From Octopus vulgaris (taxonomy: Eukaryota): a stretch of 64,000 nucleotides of DNA. Below, piece after piece: positions 50,451 through 64,000 of this stretch. The notes below the pieces were generated by a model, which had not been told where the DNA came from, made no database searches, and saw nothing but the letters and a program-made list of their open reading frames with translations. The translations under genes were made by a program, and so were the position numbers. Numbering within the stretch: position 1 is the first letter of the stretch; each line of letters opens with the position of its first letter. The stretch is taken from positions 147,870,001 to 147,934,000 of the forward strand of contig OX597816.1 in assembly GCA_951406725.2 (NCBI GenBank), read 5' to 3'.

Positions 50451-52558
50451 AATAGAGGGAAATTTCACGCTTCGTAATGGTTGCAGAGGATAACATCGAA
50501 AAATTGGAAGATAACCTACAAAAGTCTCTGAACTAAAATCCAACCAAGGAATACAGATAAAAAATAAGAATACGATGTCGCCTTTTTCCAGATACTCGGA
50601 TAGAAAACAACGGATATATCACTTCCGTTTTACATCAAATAAACATATATATTCTACACTTATAAAGAAACAGTGGAGTTCCACAGAAATACAGTCAACA
50701 ACAAAAATGCACTACTTTGAAGGTTAGTGAGATTTCCCCCTCTATAAACGGAACTATGGATAAAAGAATCCACAGAGTGTAATACACACTAAACAACAGC
50801 AGGTCGTCTAACAAATTGATGTACCAAATGCAAGATACATAAATATAATGCATCAACTACTTCAGATACTATCTGCATCAAAATTATACTGGCTAAGCAA
50901 AATATAACAGGAAAATAGATCAACACTACAAAAACCCTTATAAATACAAAATCGATCATACGAAACCATAAAACAATAACATATTACAAAGACACTAAGA
51001 GTTTGAAATTGTGCAATAAAGCACAGCCATGTAGACTTCCAATGAAACAACAGCCAATGTGTGTAATGCATCTGATTGTAAACATGAGGGTGTAAAAATT
51101 ATGACTACAGTTGTTACAATGCTCACACAGTTATGATACTCTACCACTCGCAAACCATATACTGACAAGGAACGAACGCAAGGAACTATACTACATAAAT
51201 ATAAGCTAGAGCGCAAAGCATCAGCTTAAAATGTATCTATACTGTGCAGAATTCTTCATGCATTCAGAATATTAACGATAAAACTAATTCTCATATGGCA
51301 ATATAATATTAAAATATATATTTTCGGAAGCATTACACTAGTCAAAATTAAATGCAAAAACCCCAACATGCAATGATAGTGAAATTCCAATAGTAATACC
51401 TACATCAATCACATTGAGCTTATTAACATTTAAACAGATAGTAGCGTGAAGCATCATCAATTCTTACTTGAAATGAGATTGTGAAAGTATTGAAACGTTG
51501 GTTATTGATTTAGAAACTTTATAATTTCAAAGAAACTACCAGGAATTAATACAAAAAAATATCAGAAAAACAATTATTGTAAACAAAAAAATATAGTCGT
51601 GTTTTAAAATGCAAGTCTAACGGAAATGTTTTTCCATATACTCAAATATATGTGTGTTAGTGCGCATGCGTGTACAATAATCGTTATTATTATTATTACT
51701 TCAACTATTACTACTACTACTACTATAGTTTCATAGAAACGTATTCACACTATTGGTACTTAAATACGAAAAAACTTCCTTAAACATATGCTCAAGCACT
51801 GTCAGAAAATCACTAACACTGCTATCAATCACCACATCACGAATATTATATGGACATAAATGATTTCATATATTTCTGTGAATATGCGTTTTATTTTGCT
51901 TGAATCTGAAATAAATTTTTAACATTTTTTCTTTAATTTTATTTTTAATTTTCCAGACACAAAAACACATTTCATTTAAAGATGTTATAATCTTGTCATA
52001 TCTTGAGAACATTTTCATAATATTAAAATTCAATTTTCAACATTTTTTTGAGGACTTTATAACGACCTAATGCATAAAATTTTTTGTATTATATCCTCTA
52101 TATCCTTCCTTTTTAACACCCTATATCACACACTTATGAGGAAAAAAAATCTTTTAGATTTCTCTTCCATCTAAAATAACGAGAAAGTACTTGACACATT
52201 TTATCGCTTCAATTTTATGATAAAAATCACAACTATTGCATTAGCCGATCGATTTTACATTCACTCTAATTCCATATAGTTATACGTTCTGTGAAGAACT
52301 AAAGACAAGAATAATTGATAGATATTTTCATTCAGTCCGTCACTCTTTTCTTTTTTCGTCATTTATCATCTGAGAAAACTTTGTGGTTGCAAACATTTTC
52401 CTACACTTAACAATGAACTTAGTCGCACACACACACATATACATATGCACATTCATGTATTTATACATAGAGATATATGTAGACATCTATATATATACAT
52501 ATATCTATATGCATATATATCTATACACATACACATGCACATTCATATGTGTGCATGA

Positions 52559-52616
<58 letters not shown>

Positions 52617-52620
<4 letters not shown>

Positions 52621-52850
52621 ATATTAAATTAGAGATAAAACCACTATTAGGCAAATCATACAATGAAAAACTTAAGCCAATACATAAGATTAATTAATTT
52701 ATATTATTTTAAATATATATCAAAATTATTAAAAAAAGATAATTAGTATAACACTACGATCGTTTCATGGCTGTCCAATTCGTAAAAATTCGAGTTACAG
52801 TCATTCTTCAGGTGATTGAAATATTTAACTTAGCGAGGCTTAATTAATAT
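52617..52850 (-). mobile_element. Penelope-like terminal (pLTR-like) fragment between microsatellites
   Basis: Contains the hammerhead at 52752-52814. Flanked by (TA)n and (GATA)n. Confidence 0.6.
52752..52814 (-). ncRNA. Type-I minimal hammerhead ribozyme
   Basis: cac-CUGAAGA-atgactgt...acagccat-GAAA-c gatc-GUA-gtg. Canonical core, palindromic stem III and GUA triplet. Confidence 0.75.
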
Positions 52851-52858
52851 ATATATAT

Positions 52859-52949
<91 letters not shown>

Positions 52950-53079
52950 TAGATATAGATATATATCACATAATCACGTGACCGACCAGGCTATCAGATA
53001 TTGCTACACGTCGCTGGTCACAATGCGCTTCGCATTGTTTAACCTTCAAATGACGCCACCCCGCTGGCTAAGCGAGCAG

Positions 53080-53158
<79 letters not shown>

Positions 53159-53478
53159 ATATGAATAAATACGGTTATATTTCGGTATGATCATTTTTTT
53201 TTTTTTGCCAAATAAACATACTATATATTCGCTCTAAAGTATTGTTCTTATTTTATGTGTTTTGTCAGGAAATCTTTGGTTATTGACAGTAGACCAATCA
53301 GAACGGGTGGATACTTGTGAGAGTCGCTGAAGGTGTCACAGTATGTGCGACAAAAGATTGGAGAATGAATATATAGTGCGTGTGTATATATGGCAAACAA
53401 AAATGACCATCCAGAAATATAACAAGATGTTACAACACGATTTCACATCAGGGATCTTAAAGAACAAATGCATAAAGG

Positions 53479-53510
<32 letters not shown>

Positions 53511-53686
53511 TGTATGTATGTATGTATGTATGTATGTATGTATGTATGTATGAATGTATGTATGTATGTATGATTGATTGATTGATTGATTGATTCTAGT
53601 TTCAGCTCATGAGCTGTGGCCATGCTGTATGTATGTATGTATGTATGTATGTATGTATGTATGTATGTATGCATGTATGTATGTAA

Positions 53687-53734
<48 letters not shown>

Positions 53735-53809
53735 GTATGTATATATATATACATATATAAATACACACACAGGTACACACTCAAACAAACACACACACTT
53801 AAATATATT

Positions 53810-54210
53810 CTTTTATTCTTGTATATGTTTGTTATTTGACTGCAACCATGCTGGAGCACTACTTTTAGTCGAACAAATCGACCCCAGGACTTATTGTTTG
53901 TATGCATAGTACTTATTCTATCTGTCGCTTTTGCCGAATCGGTAGCTAACGGAGAGATAAACACCGCAACATCGCCTGCCGAGCGATGGTAGGAGGACAG
54001 ACAGACACACAAACACACATATACACACACACACACACACACGTGTATATATATATATATATATGTATAACGGGCTTCTTTCAGTTTCCGTCTACCAAGT
54101 CTTTGGTCGCTTGAAGCTATAGTAGAAGACACTTGCCTAAGGTGCCACGAAATGGGATTGAACCCGGAACCATGTGGTTGGTACGCACGCTACTTACCAC
54201 ACACCCACTC
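53810..54210 (-). mobile_element. tRNA-derived SINE family A
   Basis: The reverse complement is colinear with the family-A copies. B box ggttcaatccc. Confidence 0.88.
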
Positions 54211-54559
54211 TATATACATATACTACTATTTACAAGAAAAATGTATTACAGGGACTTGGAAGTTACTCTATATGTACTAACCCAAATTGTATTGAGTTTG
54301 AATTTGGTTTAATGTTGAATTGCTTTTCCATATAACTTGACATAATACCATTCATTAATAATAACAGACAGTAGAGTGTGGTAAAGGAGCCTGCCTTTCA
54401 ATAACTTATTTTGGAACTTAGATCTACTCCACGGCACCTATTATTGTTCCAAGCTAATCAATGCTTCGGTAGTGAAATCGGTAAGCGGAAATCGTGTGGA
54501 AGCACATCGTATACATACATACATACATACATACATACATACATACATACATACATACA

Positions 54560-54903
54560 TAAGTGTGGTAGAAGCCGTAGCCACTCATAATAAAAAAGGG
54601 AGTACTGTTGGAAAGACCCAGTGAAGACCTTAATAAAATGTAAGCAAAACAAACCTGGTATAATGATTTGGGATACAGATGTGAAAATCAGCTGCCCAAC
54701 GGACGTTAACATAAAGCTGAAGTTCAGTGAAAAAGAGAACACCTACATTGAACTATTGAGAAATCTGCAGTTACTCTATCGGCATACATACATACAAATA
54801 ATACCCTGTTGTTGATGAAATCCTATGAAATACCCTTGGATCTAGGTTAGAAACCGACTGTTTCTCTGTTGGCAAGAAATCTTTATATAAAACTGAACAA
54901 TGT
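54560..54903 (+). mobile_element. Internally deleted RLE LINE remnant next to (CATA)n
   Basis: VKTLIKCKQNKPGIMIWD..ISCPTDVNIKLKFSEKENTYIELLRNLQLLY (RLE region), then a 3' UTR shared with 33175-33292. Confidence 0.65.
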
Positions 54904-54904
54904 T

Positions 54905-55040
54905 TATATTCGACCGATATTTGTCCTCATCTTGTTTGTTGTTAATACAACATTTCGGCTGATATTTCTCAAGACTTCATAAGGTGTCTTGAGGAAATTT
55001 CAAAACTGGATTTTCATTCCTAAGGTATTTTTTGATAGTA

Positions 55041-55045
<5 letters not shown>
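54905..55045 (-). mobile_element. Body of a tRNA-headed, hammerhead-bearing repeat, split from its head by the LINE
   Basis: Homologous to 58440-58515. Decayed hammerhead gacac-CUUAUGA-a...cagcc-GAAAUGUU-gtatt. Confidence 0.6.
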
Positions 55046-55108
<63 letters not shown>

Positions 55109-55109
55109 T

Positions 55110-58777
<3,668 letters not shown>

Positions 58778-59544
58778 ATTTGTTTTTGTTTTCGCATTGC
58801 TTATTCTATATCTGTATTTTGTATTGTATGTAAATATATTCATTAAGCCTACTTGTGTTCATCTGCCTTCTCTACTTAAATATGAGTATATTTCTATACG
58901 GCATACTTCTACAAAATATGAATCACAATCTCTAAGTCGACATAAGGCAAGAGCAGAAATTAATTGCATAAGATGCAATGCATTGTATTCCGTTCCAGAA
59001 CTACGTGGTTACAACATAGCCACCATGTCTTCATCCATTCCTGGTTTCAAATTACCACAGTGCTACTGTTTTCCACAAAAGAAGAAAATAATAAAAGAAA
59101 ATTATAGTGTAGCATCCATCTTCCTATTTCTCTACCTTTTGTCCAAAACATAAAATTTCGTGTTTCTTTTGTTTGGCAGAGGTCAGTCAGCACTGATGAA
59201 TGAGGCCTATGGTCTAACGTCTTCCAGACTTGACATCTTCATTCCTCATTTCAATGTTTCCTTCTTTGCAACCAGATACGGAGGAAATATATTCTCTTTC
59301 GCTGTTATTTCTCGTAGATTGCTGAAGCAAGTAAGCTTTGCAATAGGCCTGGATTTCAGTTAAAATCATAAAGTGGCTAATATTCTTTGTTTCACACAAA
59401 CTTTCATTTCTTTGATGGTTGATATATATCACACACAGAAATACATATGTGCCTGACTTTGAGAGGGTGTGTATGTGTGTGAGTGTGTGTGTGTGTGCGT
59501 GCGTGTGTGTGTATGTGTGTATGTGTGTGTGTGCGTGTATGTGA

Positions 59545-59584
<40 letters not shown>

Positions 59585-60325
59585 CATGACTATCCCACTT
59601 TTTAATCAGCTGTACCTTTTTCCGATTGAGTCACTATAGAAATAAATGAAAAAAGCATTTCACATTCATGAAAATAGACTATAATTCTTCATAGAATGAA
59701 CCGCCGCAAATAATTCCTATATAGAGTCTAATTAAATAAACACTTTTTCCCCTCGTTTGTTTTTATGTATTGCAGCAATACGTTATGTACGAGCGACCAT
59801 TTTTAAGAATGGGAAAGTCTTTTTCCCTTTTATATTTAGATATTTATTTTTATTTTAAGCATTCGTATGCCTTTTAGAGAGCAATTGAATTAAGAAAAGA
59901 TAAATCGTAGCCTTTATTTTATTATTGTTCCTCACATTGTTCTCACCGCAAATTTGATATATTGAAAACGCCATACACATTTACACTAAAAAGTCTGAGA
60001 AATGTATTGCTTTTCTAGTGAGATTCTTATTGCTGTTGATAATTTTTAGGGTTTTCTTTGGATTTTCTTTTCAGAGTAAAGTCAATAAAGTGTATATTGA
60101 CAAGAAAAAGCATTATAACAAAACAGTAGCAAAAATAAGTTTTAGAATATACTTTGAAAAATCTGGCACAGAAATTGCAAATTATCACGAGAACTGAGAA
60201 TTTAAAGTAAAATAGGGTTCATGATACTCGAATGAAACTTAAAATTTTGCTTATACAGGCATTTCCACGAACACACAAACACGCAGAACTATAACTTAAC
60301 TATCTGCCTATTTATCTATCTATCT

Positions 60326-60390
<65 letters not shown>

Positions 60391-60467
60391 CATATATATA
60401 TATATGTATGTCACTGAAACCCATATTAATTTCGTGGGTTGATATGTGTACATACATATATATACAT

Positions 60468-60536
<69 letters not shown>

Positions 60537-60613
60537 AAATAAATAAGGTTTTCTATGACACCAAGACAAAAACTTGAACAAACCTGAGAGTAATAATTCA
60601 AAAATTAAGGAAA

Positions 60614-60653
<40 letters not shown>

Positions 60654-60889
60654 GCTGAGAATAAAATAGAAACAAATGATATTAATGATAAAATTTCAAT
60701 GACAATAAATAAAATATGATAAAAACCGAAATGGAATCCGAAAACAGAAAACTTTCAAATGCATTTCGATAAGAAAACATATCCAATAAGGAACAAATGT
60801 TTACATAAAAGGATTCTTATCATGATAAAATCTGTATATAAATGTATATCTCTCCTTCACTCAATACATTTCTAACTCACTCTCTCAGA

Positions 60890-60944
<55 letters not shown>

Positions 60945-61667
60945 TTTATGTATGTCTGTTTGTTTGTGTGTATAGATATATAAATACACACACGTGTGTA
61001 TATGTGTATGTATGCACGTGCGCGCGCGTGTGCGTGTTTCATTTTAAAATAGTCTAACACTCAGAATGACATTTGAACACAGTATTGAAATACATCTGGT
61101 TTTCAAATGTCATTTGTAATTAGAAGATCTAGAGGTCATATGAATCCCCGATGTTAGGTCAGCCAGAACTGTTCTTTGTCTTTCGGAGAAGTATAACAAT
61201 TTTGAACTAAAGAATACTAACTACGTGATGCGCATCCAAAATCTTTATATTTTGTTGTTTGATTATAGCTTCATTATATATTTTCGAGTTGCTTTTCTTA
61301 TGATACTTCAATGATAAACATAAAACTCAAAATAGCTACTGAAGAGCCCTCAACTTTTGATAAAATGCACAAACTCTATGTATAGTGTAATTTTCCGTCA
61401 TTTCAAAAGATAAGTCTTTATCAGCGTCTATATATGATTATGAGTCCGAGCATATGGATATGACGTTTAAAAAAAAAATATTAGTGCGATCTCTTCCTCC
61501 GATTTCATATCTGCAGCTGACGCTAATGCTCTAGAACGTCTCTTAAAAATTTCAGGCCAGATATACTTTAGGCTTTTAAACACATGTTGAGTATGCCTCT
61601 GAATGGAGAGTTCATAAGTTAATATCTCAATACCAGACGCAACTGAACTTCATACGTTCCAAGAATA

Positions 61668-61830
61668 TATTGGGTTGTCCGGTAAGTTCGTACCGATTTT
61701 TAAAGAAAAGAAAAAGGTCAATAAATACTTGCCATTACATTTTTAATCAACCAAATATGAACCATTTTGTTGCACAATGCTTCTCCATCTTTCCCTTAAC
61801 TTGAAAATACCCTCTTCCTATAATTGAGGC
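61668..61830 (-). mobile_element. Mariner 3' end with TIR
   Basis: TA plus the TIR ttgggttgtccggtaagttcgtaccgattt. Minus-strand EEGIFKLRERWRSIVQQNGSYLVD* is a mariner transposase C-terminus. Confidence 0.85.
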
Positions 61831-62164
61831 CGAATGCTAGAAATCCTCAAAGAAAAGAAAATGAAAAATTTCACTCCCGATAATTTGCTAACAGCTTACC
61901 CGGCTTCAATAAAACTCGCCTTTGCGTGCAGACCATTTCAGTGTCACATACCAACTTGATGAGAGCTTGGAATTTGACACTGATAGTATCTGGGAAAGTA
62001 CCTTTCCTCAATCCTCTCAGCATCCACTACCACGCAGCCTCTTCCAACAATGCAAATAGACAAATGAAAACTTCCTGACCCGACTTCTTCAAGATGGAGA
62101 GTGGGGTTATCCCCATGTTGGACTTCGCCGATAACTAGATTCCACCTACACAAAACAATAGCTC

Positions 62165-62510
62165 TTCAGCATAACTCCACAATGACAATGTGGCAAGAAT
62201 GATCCATTGGGAGCTGTGGAAATCACGGCCTACAAAGAGCAAAGGCATGGTATGAGAAAACCCCAGAAGTCACCAAAAGGAGAACTACCAAATCCCGTGG
62301 GATGTAATGATCCAGTGCGATCTCCTGACTAAACATAGGAAACTGGACATTGTTGTGGCGAATAAAAAAGAAAGAATATGTATGATAATTGACGTCGCAT
62401 GCCCCGGTGACAACAGGATCAATGTGAAAGAAGAAACTATAAGCAACTATGACGATATAAAGTGGGAAACATGAAGGCTGTGGTCAATGGAAACAGTAGA
62501 CGTGATACCA
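62165..62510 (+). mobile_element. RLE-domain fragment of another R4-like LINE
   Basis: DNVARMIHWEL...WYEKTPE...PWDVMIQCDLLTKHRKLDIVVANKKERICMIIDVACPGDNRI...RLWSMETVDVIP. Confidence 0.8.
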
Positions 62511-62512
62511 AC

Positions 62513-64000
62513 TTACAGACGAATATTCAGAGTAGACCTATTCACATAAGCCATTTTCGCAACATTCACCCACCTTTCAACAAAATTACTGGTGGGGAGC
62601 AGTACCTCCCTCGCTACCCTCACTTTCCTTTTCAAGTGGAACTTGAAAAAGTCGATGAGGGCTCGACCGAAGAGGAATGTGTCTGCCTTGAGTCGTTTCA
62701 GACTCGGCTAATAACTAAATCCGTCCTACACCTGACAACAGCTCCTTAGGTCAGTAATGCAAGGATACTGGACGAATGCATGCAGGACTGTTCCAACGGC
62801 CTGCGCACACCTCAAAGAGGTCTGTCTGACAGCACTTCTGTGTCTGCAGAGCTTCTCTCGGATCGGTAGAGTTCCCCGGTAGCACTGTCAGGCCTGAGAT
62901 TTCTAGAAGTTATCCATAGGCTGTGGCCCGAAAGCCCTCCGGGAAACACCAGTTAGCTGATCACTCTTGACGCCCAGAGTTTCTCCGACTAAGTCGTCAC
63001 TCATTCTCTCCCCTGATCCTCTATAAAAGTCTATGGTGGAACTTCCACCGACTGCGTTTCCCGACAGGCGGAAGACCGTGCGGGCTTGCCGACATTCAAA
63101 GTACCAGGCACCTTTTTTGGTCTAGGTTTGACCCAGGACTGTAACTTCATCCATGAGAGGAGCTGTGGAAAATCCTGTTTGAGGAACGGTGACATACCTG
63201 CTCACTTTGAGGAAACGGTGGTAGACTCGTAGCCTCAGTGCATGTCTGCGCATCATTACCCAAGGCATCCTCAGTCTTCCAATCAGCGAATGTTGACAAC
63301 AGATAGAAAGTGGAAGAACAAGCTTATTTTGCAGTGTTTATGTTCGATGTGCTGGGGGTTTCTGTTTACAGGTGTTGCTGTAGATTCGTCAGCCTTCTTT
63401 TTCCTTTGTCTTTTACGTCTTTTGCACTGTTAAGTTCTTCATCTTCTCTATGGGGTGAGGATGGACTACTGTCTGTAGGATCTGTTTCTGGGAGTGTGAG
63501 AGTATCTGTGGTAGTGTGAGCGTGTTGGTGTGAGTGTATTCTTGCGAGAGAAGGTGATGGGGCTTGTTTGACAGATACTCTGGGTGGTTTTCTCCATTCT
63601 GTGGGGTTCACATGCCTCTGTTGTTATCGGAAAGGAGGCTACCGTTTTATTAAAAGGTCTCTGTTGTTGCCGTTGTTAGAAGTGCGCTGTAGGCTGCATC
63701 TGTGGTCGCGTACCACCCAACAGTTTGCGGCAGAAGGCTCTAAGATGGTTGTAGCCCCACAGCTGTCACATCTGGGCTTCCTGCCTTCCAACAAAACCCG
63801 CAGTTCCATCCCGTTGGGCGGCTGGATCAGGTCCGGGATCTTCTCAATATTTTCTGGCTTCACATACATTAATATTTTCGAGTTGATCCCGCACCAGTTT
63901 TCCCTCCTGCTTCTTTTTGCCTCCAGGAGTGACTCTGGGCCATGCAGCGCACATGCGGCAATTTACTGGACATTTACGCCCGCCATTTACCCTAATTCTG
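62513..64000 (-). mobile_element. Tx1/L1-clade LINE with an internal deletion (ORF1 joined to the ORF2 C-terminal part)
   Basis: ORF1: RVLLEGRKPRCDSCGAT/NHLRAFC (CCHC, 1-nt shift). ORF2 tail: SICCQHSLIGRLRMPWVMMRRHALRL...QCYRGTLPIREKL...LHAFVQ...FFKFHLKRKVRV...ERWVNVAKM..L*. No EN or RT between them. Confidence 0.8.

Noticed and set aside
58800-59440. Possible hAT transposase C-terminal remnant on the minus strand
   Set aside because: Similarity is too weak and no TIR was found.

Overview
AT-rich eukaryotic DNA that is almost entirely non-coding and saturated with repeats. The microsatellite density and SINE/LINE families suggest a cephalopod, probably Octopus; this is inferred from repeat content, with no database check. 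Nearly all ORFs in the supplied track are microsatellite artefacts. Supported content: (i) two, possibly three, spliced exons of an unidentified host gene on the minus strand (2.5-4.8 kb); (ii) a ~3-kb 5'-truncated, frameshifted R4/Dong-type RLE LINE in a (TAA)n tract (55.1-58.2 kb) and several short relatives; (iii) at least three tRNA-derived SINE families, an RTE-derived bipartite element, CR1-like LINE 3' ends, two Tx1/L1-type ORF1 (gag-knuckle) elements lacking EN/RT, a decayed Gypsy pol, mariner fragments and a tandem Helentron-type (HINE/DINE-1-like) pair. The most interesting signal is a set of short (~335-565 bp) non-coding repeat monomers, each carrying a type-I minimal hammerhead-ribozyme fold. 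Several are integrated as tandem-then-fold-back structures in or near microsatellites (21.5-22.5 kb, 23.9-24.8 kb, 35.5-36.5 kb; related motifs at 23.1, 30.4, 52.8 and 54.9/58.5 kb). They look like retrozyme/Penelope-dependent circular-RNA-type elements with non-canonical catalytic cores. Alignments and folds were done by eye, so boundaries are approximate.
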